The position numbers and the translations under genes are program-made. A DNA stretch of 62,160 bases, the filler included, from Vannella sp. (lineage: Eukaryota): NCBI GenBank assembly GCA_023345925.1. It is 6 parts of 6 records of this genome, joined end to end, with 100 filler letters (N's around TTAATTAATTAA, not from the genome) between each part and the next. Parts side by side here need not be neighbours in the genome. Positions count along the whole stretch, not along the records: positions 1 to 27,931 come from JAJQQN010000560.1; 5 more parts are not named here. One strand, given 5' to 3'. The first letter of the stretch is position 1. Each line of letters opens with the position of its first letter. The notes below the pieces were generated by a model, which did not search any database, had not been told where the DNA came from, and saw only the letters and a program-made list of their open reading frames with translations. Below, piece by piece: positions 10,601-22,404 of the stretch.

Positions 10601-12438
10601 TGTAACGCTGGATGAACTACTTGCTGAAGGCGTAGAGGAAGGAGTGGAGCTTCTTGAAGGAGAAACAGTCACTGACGGAGATGAGCTGGCCGTGGTGGTC
10701 GATGTTGCGGTTGGGGAATTTGTCGAGGTCATAGATGAACTTGCTGTGGAACTACCAGAAGAAGAGGAACTGGGTGATGTCGAAGGCGTCTGGCTCGATG
10801 AGGCTGTGGCGGAAGCAGTGCGACTGGGCGTTGGAGAGTTGGTAGGAGTGCGGGAAGAAGAGCACGAGAAACAAAACTGGAACAGGCGGAGTGATGGCAT
10901 TTCTACGTCTTCTACAAATTCGACTTCCCCTGCCTGAGCTACTCGAGTAACCCCAGGGGTTGATAGACCAGATGCTCCGGTCGTACCCGCCACTACATTA
11001 GTAGAGAGTCCGTTGAAGTTTGTCAAAATGTGGCCACCTCCTCCCCCTCCGCCGCCTCCTCCACCAGACTTCACGCTGTTTCCATTACCGCCCTTAGCCT
11101 CCGCTGTCCAAGCCCCCGCTGGGTCTGAGCACGAAAAGAGAGCGACAACAGTCCCGCCTGCACCCCCTGTTGTGTGTGAGTTTGTGTCCCGCCCTTCCAC
11201 TGCTTCACACTCACCTCCTCCTCCACCCTTGTTACTGGAACCAGAAAGTGGCTCTGGAAGGTCACCGTTTGCAAGGATCTTAGTAAGAGCGGTGCTTGAA
11301 CTCGTTCCGGTGTGGATATAAACCATCCCACCGCCGTCTCTCCCTGAGCAACTGTTCGCGTTATTTGTTTGCCATCCAGCTCCTCCTCCTCCACCTATGA
11401 GACGGTTAGGACAGAGCGTAGAGAAGTTGCAACGTGAAACTCACCCATGAAAAGCCTCGTCCCGTTTGGAACTGGACCGGCTCCTAAACCAGGCTCTCCA
11501 CTGACTGCTGTGGCACGGAGACCATCACCTCCTGATCCCCGATTGGATCCTCCTCCCCCTCCATTATTAAACGCGTTTCCTCCTCCTCCAGCATTTCCTG
11601 GTGCTCCACGACCAAGCTCCCACTCACGAGGATACGTTGCCAGTTGGAAAATAGCAGGACGCGATGGCATACCGATGAATCCTTCTCCTTTTCTCGCGTT
11701 AAAGCCAACCACTGTTGGATCTCCAAGTAGCTGAGCAAAGGTAACGCTATCCGCACTTGTTGCTGCAGGCTGGTCCTTGTTGTTCGCTGCTCGAAAGCCG
11801 ATTCCAGTCACATCAAACCCGATGTTTCCGGTGATACCGGAGCTCACAACCAGATCGAACGTTACCAACGGGAGGATGCCTCCTTTGGCGTTATCCCAAG
11901 CTGGAGGTTTCAAAGTGGCGGCGACAGTGCTTGTCCAACAGGCAGGAAAGCTTATCACTTGGAACCTCTCAGACTTGCCTGTTGAGAGGCCTGAAGTGAA
12001 GTTAAGCGTGAGAGGGAGGTCAAGGATAAGCTCCACGTAAGGACTGCCCTTGTCTGTTGTTCCGTTCACGTGATTGAACTCGTAAAGGCCCACCAGGCCG
12101 AGGCCTCCAGGTAAGTAACCAAACCCTCCTCCAGGGGTACCATCTCCATACGAGTTGGAGTTGGAGTTATCGATGGTGCCTCCTTGCATCTGGATGATCA
12201 TAACGGGTCCCTTAATAGTGAGAACGCCATTCACAGTTACGCTGTTTCTAGTGAGGTCGGTTGAGTACCCAGCATAGTGTCCGAACGACATGGCGCCAAG
12301 GGAGCATGACGCCTGAGGTGTACAGGCCCCCATCACCGCCGTGCAGTGAAGGAGCACAAGGAAGACCGACGCAAACCGCAAAGGTATCAAACAGGAACGT
12401 GAGAGGAAATAAGTTCTTCCCCTGTTACATCCCTCCAT
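7660..12438 (-). CDS. Large cell-surface protein: signal peptide, Gly-rich bacterial-like head, S/T mucin stalk, GAIN/GPS motif, one TM helix. The frame is disrupted near 9650-9700, so it may be a pseudogene.
   Basis: ORFs 11395-12438, 9665-11326 and 8223-9554. Spliced C-terminal exons give WECQDICLVPKNGQLCGITDHFTNFALLL, then the TM YVLAYISVALVATAIVIIMVGVIII and RRKK. Confidence 0.7.
9660..10800 (-). repeat. Imperfect ~180-nt coding tandem repeats (Ser/Thr/Pro stalk)
   Basis: Recurrent SPTATSTTTASSSP.GTVSPS units, seen as repeated GCCGTGGTCGTCGAGGTTGC on the + strand. Confidence 0.85.
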
Positions 12439-12800
12439 CGCTCAGGGTGACTGGGTAGGTCAAAGGCAAGAGAAAGTGTCCAAGAATGCCTCCGAAACGA
12501 CCAGTTAAATTCTTTTTCTCATTCTGTTCCCGAATTATTGAACTTCTCCAACCTTGTGGAACACTGCGACTTGAGAACGGCGTTTTGCCTTTTATTCACG
12601 ATTCAATGAAGATGCTCAATTAGGATAACTTTCCTTCCTTGTCTTTTTTCGGACGGTTGCTTCTTTGTGTCTCCACACTTTGTTCCGGACCTGAAACCGT
12701 ACAAAGAATAGAATGATCTCGCGTAACCAGTTCACGATGACAGCCCGCCCTCTGCGTCTATGAAGCAAATCACTCTCACTCGAGGCATTAGCGCCAAACT

Positions 12801-13091
12801 TTAGTTTCCACCGCGACCGCGGGGTTGTTGAAGGTTGACTTGGACCTTTTGAGGAGCAGACAGATGAGCTTTAGGCTCGACGTGGGGCTCATAAGTGCTG
12901 GGGGTGGCTTTGGTGGCCAAAGCAGCGGCTTCGTCAACAACAACCTCGCGCTTGGGTTCTGGCTTGGTATCGTGGCTTCCAGGGCTTCTGGCCAAAGGAA
13001 CATGATGGGATGTCTTATCAGGCACTCGCTTACCACCCACTTTGATGGCGGGAGTGCGTCCAGACAGAGCTTCAGGTACGTGGTCCGCCAT
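12801..13091 (-). CDS. DAP: Death-associated protein 1 (DAP/DAPL1) family small protein
   Basis: MADHVPEALSGRTPAIKVGGKRV matches the family motif PAVKAGGMRI, and C-terminal LQQPRG matches IQQPRK. About 96 aa. Confidence 0.7.
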   Translation of the reverse strand: MADHVPEALSGRTPAIKVGGKRVPDKTSHHVPLARSPGSHDTKPEPKREVVVDEAAALATKATPSTYEPHVEPKAHLSAPQKVQVNLQQPRGRGGN

Positions 13092-13161
13092 GGGAGGAGA
13101 CACGGGAAGCAAGGAGAATGACTTTATGGAAGGAGAGGAAGGGTTATTGAAAGTATCAGTC

Positions 13162-15156
13162 TTAGAAGAGCATGATAGCCAAGAGCGACAATGTAGCGAC
13201 AAGAGAGGACGCGGAATTGGGCTTCACATAGACAGGGAAAGGAACAGCAATGGGAACGGGGTTGGGGACGGGTACCGGGATTGGGATGTTGACAGGCACA
13301 GCAATGGGGACCAAGATGTTGTTGGGCACGGGAATAGGCAAAACAGTGGCGGAGGGGATGGGGAGACGGGTTCCAGCGGGGGTGTTGGAAGGGTTCTTGG
13401 TGGCGCTGCGGGTTTTAGTCTGGCTCGATCCAGAGCTACGGCTGGGACGGGATGTACGAGAGACAGTAGCAGTGACAGTTGGTGTGACCGAGTTAGCTCT
13501 GTTCACTTGACTGCGGAACGCCACAGAAAGGATACCAATAGTGCGAACGTCTCCGCAAGCTTTGTTGACATCGCCGTCGAGACTTCCACCAAACATGTTC
13601 GCGCTCACACAGCCAAACTTTCCATCCTCGTCAATGGCGACCACGCAAAGCTCATCCAGTCTCGTAAGGAGGCTAGGGAGAACAGTGAAGCAGACGGTTC
13701 CTGCGAGGCTTGGTTGAGCGGGAGCTCCGTCAGGCTCTGTAGCTGTGAAGTTCAGAAGAACAGCTTCCCGGGTCAGGTTGCCAGCAGGAGAGGGGAGGGT
13801 CACATTGGTCTCCTCCACAGCGAGAACCACAGTGCCAGGGCGGAAGGCATCCGTAAGGAATCGGGCAAAAGTGTTGGCTGTGGTTGTGGTGATGAAGGGA
13901 AGTGGACTGTTCGACACCAATCCAGAGACAGCGATGGATGGAGTGATCAAGGGAGTTACCGTTTGACTGACTGTGGAATTCGTAGGAGCTACAGGGGACG
14001 TCCCAATCGAGGGTGACTGAGAGACAGAGGTCGTGGTCGAAGGGGAGACGGAGATAGAGGGAGTAACTGAGGGTGACTCCGAGATAGTTGGAGTAATCGA
14101 GGGCGACACAGAGATAGTTGGAGTAATCGAGGGCGACTCAGAGATGGAAGGAGTAATCGAGGATGTAACAGATCCAGAAGGAGTATCCGAGGGCGACACA
14201 GAGCTGGAAGGAGTAATCGAGGGTGTCTCAGAGCTGGAGGGAGTAATTGAAGGCGATACAGAGGCCGTAGGAGTACCCGTGGGGGTATCAGAGCCGGTTG
14301 GTGTGCCCGAAGGTGTCTCAGAAATAGTAGCAGTAGCTGAGGGTGTCACTGAAGTAGTGGGAGTGTACGAAGGGGTTTCGGAGATAGTTGCCGTGGACGA
14401 GGGTGTCTGAGAGATGGTGGGGGACACGGTGGGCGTATCAGAAGGCGTGGAGGCACTGGGTGTCATCGTGACGGAAGCGGTAGCACTGGGTGTCATCGTC
14501 ATGGATACGGTAGCCGTGGGTGTCTTGGAGACGTTCGGAGGAGCGCTGTACGTGAGGTTCTTTAGAGATACAGTTTGATCCCCCAAGGAGGCATCGAGGA
14601 ATAATGTCAACTCGAGAGCACCAAACGAAGCAAAGGAGCAGCTTCCAACAAAGCTACTGTAAAGAGCCTGAGTACCATTTCCAGCAGCTTGAGGACCAAA
14701 AGTGCAGTTACCACCTTTTCCATCAAAGTAGGCCAGGGAGAACATCACGCCCGCAGTTTGAGAGAGGACGACTTCAAAGTAGCGCCCGTCTGAAGGCATA
14801 TCGGTGAGGACAAATCCACCCAAGCCGGTGACGTTGAGAGAAGTACTGTTATCGTTACCGTCGTACTGGAGCAGCAGAGTAGCCTTTGTTCCATTAGCAG
14901 CCGTGAACTGGAACTCGGAAGTTACGTTATTGTACGCAAATGTGGTTCTTCCACCAGAGGTAGAAAGAGTCGCATCTCTTCCACACGCAATGGGGTCTTT
15001 GCAGCCGTTTCCAGAGAAGGAAGAGGAGATGGACGTTCCGTTAGTGGAGACCCTCTGACGAGTACCAACGGTAAAGGTATCAATGGGAACCTGAGTAAAG
15101 TTGGCACCATACGCTAAGCCTACAAACACGACGAGAACGAGGAAACACGATCTCAT
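13162..15156 (-). CDS. Secreted, probably GPI-anchored Ser/Thr/Pro-rich surface glycoprotein
   Basis: Signal peptide MRSCFLVLVVFVGLAYG, many N-x-S/T sites, 10-aa S/T/P repeats, PIPVP repeats and a hydrophobic C-terminus SASSLVATLSLLAIMLF. Confidence 0.8.
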   Translation of the reverse strand: MRSCFLVLVVFVGLAYGANFTQVPIDTFTVGTRQRVSTNGTSISSSFSGNGCKDPIACGRDATLSTSGGRTTFAYNNVTSEFQFTAANGTKATLLLQYDGNDNSTSLNVTGLGGFVLTDMPSDGRYFEVVLSQTAGVMFSLAYFDGKGGNCTFGPQAAGNGTQALYSSFVGSCSFASFGALELTLFLDASLGDQTVSLKNLTYSAPPNVSKTPTATVSMTMTPSATASVTMTPSASTPSDTPTVSPTISQTPSSTATISETPSYTPTTSVTPSATATISETPSGTPTGSDTPTGTPTASVSPSITPSSSETPSITPSSSVSPSDTPSGSVTSSITPSISESPSITPTISVSPSITPTISESPSVTPSISVSPSTTTSVSQSPSIGTSPVAPTNSTVSQTVTPLITPSIAVSGLVSNSPLPFITTTTANTFARFLTDAFRPGTVVLAVEETNVTLPSPAGNLTREAVLLNFTATEPDGAPAQPSLAGTVCFTVLPSLLTRLDELCVVAIDEDGKFGCVSANMFGGSLDGDVNKACGDVRTIGILSVAFRSQVNRANSVTPTVTATVSRTSRPSRSSGSSQTKTRSATKNPSNTPAGTRLPIPSATVLPIPVPNNILVPIAVPVNIPIPVPVPNPVPIAVPFPVYVKPNSASSLVATLSLLAIMLF
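14040..14290 (-). repeat. 30-nt coding tandem repeats (ITPSxSxSPS)
   Basis: GGAGTAATCGAGG recurs at 30-nt intervals (about 14090-14222). Confidence 0.85.
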
Positions 15157-15332
15157 AAGCCACGGAAGAAGGAAAAACTGCCAGCAAAACGACGACGTTG
15201 GAGATCATTTTCCCAAAGCGGGCGTTTTTGAAAATCTCCTTCACGTCATATGTTCAAAATCACACTGTGGGAGATGTGGTATTAAGTGGCATGATTTTTG
15301 CGTATGTCTATTTATTTTGTTGCCCTTCTGGC

Positions 15333-16401
15333 ATGTACAACGGTATTGGGCTGACAACAGCACGGGGAACCGCTACCAATGGGTATGTGCAGAAGAATGT
15401 GGCGTATAGGAGAACAGACCAAGTGCGGCGGAATTTTAATGAGGAGCACGAGGCTCCCAAGACTCGCAAGCCCAACCAAGCAATCCTTGACCATCAACGC
15501 AAGCGTCAAGTGGAGCTGTGCCTTGCCGAGTGGGCAGAGGAGACCAAGCTGTACGAAAACAATACAGAAGAGGTTGCTGAGACCCTCTTAGACGAGAAAC
15601 GAGCCGAGTTCACCGACCAGCAGACTCGCGGCGTCCTTCACTCCTCAAAGGAAAAGGACAGGTACGGCTTATACTTATCATGGCAACATAATCACTTATA
15701 TCATTCTCAGAGTCACTGAAACACATCAAAGGACGCTCTTGAAGGAGAAGGAAGTGGCCCGTTTCCGAGATGCGATGCGCATCCGCAAGGATTACGAGAC
15801 AGGAAACGCCTTCAAGGAGGGGTATCAAGAAGAGCAAAAGGCGATCCGATACCAGGAAACTTTGGAGCGAGAGAAGAAGAAGTTCCTTGCTCAGAGGGAG
15901 CGACAAGATCGCCAACGAGAACTTCGAATGAAACATGCAGAGGAGCGTCAAGCTCCGTTGAAAGGGAGACCCTCTCGATCTCCTTCACCAAGAAGGCGCA
16001 GGTCCCGTACTCCACCTCGCTCACCACGTAGATATCCCCCAACTTCTCTTCGCAAACGCAGCCCGCAACGTTCTCGCTCGCCTCCTGCTAAGCGAAGACG
16101 CAACCGGAGTAGTAGCAGAAGCAGTAGCCGGAGCAGCAGCCGGGGGAGCAGAAGCAGTAGCAGTAGCGGATCCAGCAGCGGGAGTGACAGGGAGTCTCCT
16201 CCTCGAAGACACTCCCGCCCTTCTTCTCGTCGCCCTCGATCTCCCTCACCAAAGAGGAGGAGACGCTCACCCTCACCAAGGAGAGTGGAGAAATCACCAA
16301 GGAAGAGCAGCCCTTCCCCTTCACGCAGCCCTCCTCGTCGGCGAAGAAGCCCGTCCCCTCCTCCTTCCCGTCCCAGCTTCTCCCCTCGTGCAGATCAGTA
16401 A
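15333..16401 (+). CDS. CWC21: Pre-mRNA splicing factor CWC21/SRRM2
   Basis: MYNGIGLTTARGTATNGYVQKN and ILDHQRKRQVEL, an intron at about 15662-15710, and an RS-rich tail. Confidence 0.92.
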
Positions 16402-16420
16402 TGAAGTACACATACACATA

Positions 16421-17689
16421 TCAAGTACATTCTGTGGTTGGCAAGCGCCCCAGAAGCTCTTCCAAGGAGTAATACTTTCGTAGATTGCGAAACTTGTCCT
16501 TCAGGTCGACGTGGGTGCGATCTCCAAAGTCAAAGTGCACCAGAATGTCTTTCCAGAACCCTACACCGAACAAGCGAACACCTTCGAGCAGTTGATCGAC
16601 CTCTACGTCGCTCCATTTCCTCCTCTTCCGTTGTCCTCTGTGGGTTCCTCCGGTTCTGGTGACCTCTTCCCTCTCTTCCAAAGGTTCAAGCTCAGGTAGC
16701 TCAAGGGGAAGCGCCATTGAAGGGATTTGCATCTCTCGAATGGGGAGGAGAGGGCCCTGGGAGATGTAAGCGAGGTCCACCTCGTCCTCATCGAGAGTTG
16801 CCACAGCACGGCGCTTCCCCACGACATTGATGGCTTCCTCGTGGGGTCTCTTACGAGTGGGACGGGGTTGTTCAAACTGTTGGAAGCCTTCAATCGTTTC
16901 TGATGGAGGAATGCAGATGGGCAGCATGACATTGGTGCCTGGCGTTGAGAACAGACCTGAGAGAGACGGAAACATCTCACCAAGCAGCTCGTTCTTTGTT
17001 AGGAACTGAACTAAGTCTGGGTCTTCTCCTCGGTGAATCCCCAGTAACCTCTCGCGACTGACAATATGCAAGAGGTCATTGCAGGAGATGAGGCTCTGTT
17101 GGGAGTTCTTACCATTCCTTGGTAAGGAGACAGAGCGGTGTTGATCCAACGAGACACTCCTGGGTACAGAGGAGCTCTTGGGTCGGCAAGACCACAGAAG
17201 GGAGTGCATTATGCGATCCAAGAAGGCGCAGAACGACTGGATGAAGGCTGAATAGTTCTCCTCAACAAGAAGTGCCTCTATCACAGCATCTTCTTGGGCG
17301 CTATCTCCTTCAGCAGCCAGCAGGTCGGTTGAGAAGCGGAGAAGGCGACAGGAAAGGGACTGATCGTTGCTCCAGAGGAACTGGTTGATAATAGTGGGGT
17401 CTTGGAGAGCCTGTTTGATGAGAATCCTGTCCTCTGTCTCTCTGAGGGCTTCCAGAAGTGCAAGAGTGGTTGCTCCCTCACCACGTTGTTGACGTACGCA
17501 CTGAAGGAATACATGCATCTTGAGCTGCTTTAGATGTCCCAAGGTCCGTTCGACACTCTCTGGTGTTCCCACAAACTCCAGTATGGATTGGAACTGTGAG
17601 AGCGAGTCCCGAAGGTCAGGACCATCAGAACACATCATAACCTTCAGTCGAGACACCTGTGCCAAAGCTCCAGCTGTTTCACTACTCAT
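16421..17689 (-). CDS. TRF-like telomere-repeat-binding Myb (telobox) protein
   Basis: Single C-terminal Myb: KRRKWSDVEVDQLLEGVRLFGVGFWKDIL...RTHVDLKDKFRNL (telobox LKDKWRN-like), with a helical N-terminal region. Confidence 0.75.
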   Translation of the reverse strand: MSSETAGALAQVSRLKVMMCSDGPDLRDSLSQFQSILEFVGTPESVERTLGHLKQLKMHVFLQCVRQQRGEGATTLALLEALRETEDRILIKQALQDPTIINQFLWSNDQSLSCRLLRFSTDLLAAEGDSAQEDAVIEALLVEENYSAFIQSFCAFLDRIMHSLLWSCRPKSSSVPRSVSLDQHRSVSLPRNGKNSQQSLISCNDLLHIVSRERLLGIHRGEDPDLVQFLTKNELLGEMFPSLSGLFSTPGTNVMLPICIPPSETIEGFQQFEQPRPTRKRPHEEAINVVGKRRAVATLDEDEVDLAYISQGPLLPIREMQIPSMALPLELPELEPLEEREEVTRTGGTHRGQRKRRKWSDVEVDQLLEGVRLFGVGFWKDILVHFDFGDRTHVDLKDKFRNLRKYYSLEELLGRLPTTECT

Positions 17690-17888
17690 TATCGATGCCT
17701 ACCCCACCCCATGCCTTCATGAGAACAGAAAGAGAGATTGAAGGGGCCTAACCCTTAGCACACCAAGGTAGGGTTACGCCCTTGCCGAAGCAGGAAGAAG
17801 CGGGAAAATGTCCTTTTCAATAGAAATTCAATTTCTGATGCTTTGTAATGAATAGCTCATCTTTGGCATCATTTTCGCCGTCTCTGTA

Positions 17889-18900
17889 ATGAAGGCAGGG
17901 TTTGTCTTGGTGCTGGCGTGGGCTTGTCTTGCTTGTGGGCAAACGTGCTCGTTTTTCCCTGTTTTGAAGCCAACAGAGATAGTGCATCCGTATCAGCTGG
18001 GAGAGACTATTGTGAATGTGACCACTTACACACAGCCCACTGCATCAGGGGAGGAGGGGCTCTTCAGCTTCCTTAACTTGCACGAGAATGAGAACACCAG
18101 CGTGGTAGCTGCTAAAGCGCTTATTTACCAAAAAGGAGGAGGTAGCATCACCTTCTTACAACACGGGCTCCCTCTGACTCGCGATATCACCTTCCAATAC
18201 AACGGAGTGTCCTACACAATCGACCCCAATCGCATGTTCACCATGCCTGGTACGTGATCCTCTCTTGGTGCATCTGGGTTCTAATGGTGGACCACTGAAG
18301 GGCTCATGGCTAACTTGCAGCCCTTCAATCAGGGAGCTGCCAATCTTGTTCTCAAGTTTTCGCAGTTTGTGCTCGATATCTACCAGTTTGATGCTCAGAG
18401 CATTGTGCTAGCTCTTCACAACGACTCTCCAAACTACTCTGCACTTGATTACTTGCGTAAGGAGGTTGTTGGGGTGAGGACAATGCTGACGAGAGCGAAT
18501 AGCGGGTCAACCTTTTGCCGAGGAGGCTGCAGAGGTGTATATTGGGAGCTTATTCACTCCCAGAGACTTCTTTTACATCGCCAATGGCGAAGTGGGAGAG
18601 CGAATGTACCAATGCCTGACGGCAGAGGACTTCAGCGCTGTTCTACAAGTGCCCACAGGCTCTAATTCTTCTCTGACAGATGACGGCTCACTTTCTGTAT
18701 ACAGCGCGATGCACGGTAAACCATACATCAACACAGAAGCGGCAGCTGCGTGCTGTAGTGAAGGAACCGCGTAAGTGTGCCCATTCTCCGATCTCTCCCG
18801 AAGCAGAAAGTTGACTGTGGGCAGCGTTATCAACCAACTCATCCTCCTGGACCATTTGACCAATCAGGTAGCTTATTTGCAGAAGGCTGGTTACCAATAA
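17889..18900 (+). CDS. Secreted zinc-carboxypeptidase (M14-clan)-like hydrolase of bacterial appearance, multi-exon
   Basis: Signal peptide, then motifs LHENE (HxxE), DPNRMF, LALHND, DDGSLSVY and YINTEA across three short introns. Stop TAA at 18898-18900. Confidence 0.55.
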
Positions 18901-19373
18901 CGAACCGGCAGAAGATGCGTTCTTGCATTCATTCCTTCGTTCATTCGGCCAGTCAGGATGGGACACTCTTCACGGGAAATAGTCGTTCATGGGTACTATT
19001 TCACTTCCTTTCGACCATTGATGAAGTGTGTTGATCCGCAAGTGATTCAATCATGTTGTTTGTTGAGAGCCTTTGAGCGGTCCCCATCGACTGACTCCTT
19101 CTGGATGGCATCTAGAAGATGGTTGGATCCTTTTAATCATGGCAGGCTACCTTCATGAGGAACATGGCAACGTAGAGACACTGTTACTTGACTCTGTAAG
19201 AGCGAGAACATCTCTTCTGTCCATCCTTGAGAACTTCTGGGGGCGGCCATGTCGATGACAGATCATTAGACAGGGGTTGGAACGAATGCTATCTGCAGGA
19301 CGAGGCTGGAGGACTCCTTTTGAGGAAGGGCGGCAAAGGAAGAGAAATGGCGGGAAACCACTTTTTGGTGTCG

Positions 19374-20932
19374 ATGAGGGCGGAACTCATCCAGATCTCG
19401 TGGCACACTCAGCAGCCGGTTTTCTCGGCGGACTTTCATGAGAGTGGACGGTTGGTAACTGGTGGAGGAGACAATGTGGTCCGGGTGAGAGTAGCGGACG
19501 AGTCTTTGGGAAGCGACTGATCCTTGGGAAGGTTTGGCGCTTTGAGGAGAGAAGCCCGGTGCTGTTATCATCACTGTTCCGGCACTTAGCACCTATCAAT
19601 TGCGTACGCTTCTCTCCTGATGGTAAACTCCTCGCCAGTGGCAGTGACGACGGTTTTGTCATCCTTTGGGAGCTCTCCACCTTCCCACCCGACCCCTCAA
19701 AGGAGCCTCCGGAAGGAGAAGCACCGAACGTACGTCTAGTGCATATAACATGCCAGAGAGGGGGCTAACAAAGCCTCAGTTAGAGGATTGGATCCCAGTC
19801 AAGTCCATTCATGCAGATAAGAAGGATGTTTACGACATCTCTTGGTCCTCTGACAGCGCCTTCTTCGTCACAGGATCAACAGACAACTCAGCTTCCATTT
19901 GGAGTCCGAGTTCGAACCAATCTCTTGTCTCCTTCCAAGATCACTTGCACTTTGTCCAAGGCGTCGCTTGGGATCCACTCGGCAGGTTCGTTGCCACCCA
20001 AAGTAGTGACCGAACAGTGCGAGTGTACCAGAAGAAGACAACATCTGCAAAGTCTTTCGCCCAATGCCAACTGTTAAGTCAGTTAAAGCCTTTCCAACAA
20101 GAGACATTGAATCCCGATTCTTCAAGACCAGGCGCATTGGATGCCGAGCTTTCAGTGACGCAAACACTAGATTCTGGAGTGTCGATTCCCCAAACGGATG
20201 GCCCCAATGCCTCAGTCTCAGGCGCAGGTTCTCCACCAGATACTTTTGGAGCTCCAGGGAAAGAGCTTCTGGCAACCGAGGGCCCAGTGACGATACATGC
20301 TATGGATGTTTGTGGTAAATCTCCAGCTCCTACTGGACGTGGAAAGAGGTTCAGAATGTTCCTCCCAGATTCAGTGGGAACCTTCTTCCGAAGATTGTGC
20401 TGGTCGCCTGATGGTAACCTCCTTTTGACCCCTTGTGCAGTTTGGCCCACTCATGAAGGAGCTGCCACAATCAACACAACGTACGCGTGGTCAAGGCACG
20501 ACTTGTCACAGCCTCTCATTCACCTGCCCTGTGGAGATGATCCAAGTTTAGTGGTCCGATTCAACCCAATATCATTCCAATGCAGAAAGGATGGCTCAGG
20601 AAACATACACCCGGCTCCATGGTTCGAACTTCCTTACCGAATGATCTTTGCCGTGGCCACCCGGACGGAAGTCATCTTGTATGACACTCAGCACACTCAG
20701 GCTATCGGCAAGTTGGCTCGCCTTCACTTGGCCTCACACACAGATCTTGCTTGGTACGTACAAACAGACCACATTCACTTCCCTGACACCATTCCGAAGG
20801 TCTTGCGATGGCCAAAAGCTCGTTATCTCATCCAGTGATGCGTTCTGCAGCCTTGTTTCATTCAAAGACACAGAATTGGGTATTCCTTTTGACCAACCAG
20901 AGTCCCCCGGCTCAACAGAGACTCTCCCTTGA
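19374..20932 (+). CDS. CHAF1B: Chromatin assembly factor 1 subunit B (p60/Cac2), WD40
   Basis: MRAELIQISWH, INCVRFSPDGKLLASGSDDG, FFRRLCWSPDGNLLLTP, LPYRMIFAVAT, LYDTQ, LH...TDLAWS.DG. Introns include 19485-19531. Confidence 0.9.
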
Positions 20933-21056
20933 GAGCAAATGTCCCTCCAATCCCTTTTCCCGCCATTTTTCTCTGAAAGGGAGAAAGCTCTCTCAATTGA
21001 TCTCCTTTGTCTGTTGGAGTGTGTTTTAGGAGGTCAGGAGTGGTCATTCCTATCTG

Positions 21057-22329
21057 ATGCCGGAGGTGGAGCGGGTGGGAGAGGGTTTGTCGGTTGAAGA
21101 GTTCATGGAGACGTATTGGGCGGAGGGGCGGCCTGTAGTTATAACTGGGGCGGTTAAGAACTGGTTGGCAAGTACAGAGTGGTCCTTGGAGTCGCTTTCG
21201 CAACGGTTTGGGGAGCGAACGGTCACTTGCCGCCAGACCCAGCACGAAAGCTATCGCAAGGGCCTCACTTACACAACACAGACGATGCGAGTAGGAACCC
21301 ACTGGCCTAATAGACATGCTCGTACTCACTCACGATGCTCCAGTTCGACAAATACGTGGAGACTCTCCTCAACCCTCGTTCGGGTTATCTCAAGTCTGGC
21401 GTCCGCAGGACCTTCTATTTGGCGGTCCAAAACGTGAAAGAAGTGTTCCCTGAGATCCGAAAAGACTTCAAGAGTAAGCTACATGCAGGGGGAGGAAAAA
21501 ATGGGACACATTCGTGACTTTCTGAGCAGAACCTCCGTATTGCCCTGAAACTCATCGCGGGCCCTTCTTATGGATTGCTCCAGCTTCTCATTTCGAGTAT
21601 ACTCATTGGGATCCGGATGACAACTTCCTAGCCGTGGTCAAAGGAGTGAAGAGAGTGAAACTGTTCAGTCCGGAACACTCCAAAGGAATGTATCCTCATC
21701 CGCTTGGCACTCTAGGCACCACCATTCAGTCGCAGATTGACTTATCTCTCTCTGAGGAACAGATATCAAACCAGTTTCCCGAGTTCTCTCGCAAATGGGA
21801 GCAGAATTGTGAGTTGAGGGACGGCGATTTGCTCTTCATCCCGTACGGGTGGTGGCACCAAGTCACTAGCCCAGAAGTAGTGATTTCAGTGAACTTTTTT
21901 TGTGGAGATGCTCGCCACGAGGACTTCTTGGCCAAGCTATTCAGCCCCAGACTGTTCCCGACATTCTCTTTCTGGTTGTTGAACTTGGTGGAGCAGAATC
22001 GTGCTCATGGGGACAAGCATTGGTGTCAGATAGAACGCTATTCTGATGAGCAGCTGGCCCATTCCCTCCAGCAGATGATTATTACCCGGTATCACTGCCC
22101 TCTGGCGGATGAGAATCTCGAAAGGACTGTCCAGTATGTCCGCCAGTATTGTGTTCGGAGGGATGAGGAAGAAGGGCTTCCCTCCACTGGACTCAAGTCA
22201 GAGAAGCCACCCAAGCTAAAGATAAGAGGCCTCCGATGGAGGATAGATGGAATGACTATGAAAGCACCCGGACCTCGAAAAGGTGGCAAAAAAGCGAACG
22301 CTCCCCCAAGAGACACTCTTCCAGAATAG
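21057..22329 (+). CDS. JmjC (cupin-8) 2-oxoglutarate hydroxylase, multi-exon
   Basis: FMETYWAEGRPVVITGA, HWDPDDNFL (HxD), GVKRVKLFSP, and LRDGDLLFIPYGWWHQV. Confidence 0.85.
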
Positions 22330-22404
22330 GGAATACAAGAGTGGTTGGCGCGTTGCCCAGGTATTCAGCGGAAGCAGTGATGTTATTGGTACAGTGGGAA
22401 CTCC

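Noticed and set aside
9624..10937. 437-aa Glu/Val-rich + strand ORF (and similar ORFs 13042-14016, 14033-14410)
   Set aside because: These are antisense shadows of the S/T/P repeat coding sequence on the minus strand.
9660..14290. CRISPR-like arrays
   Set aside because: The repeats are in-frame coding units without unique spacers, in a eukaryotic context with no cas genes.
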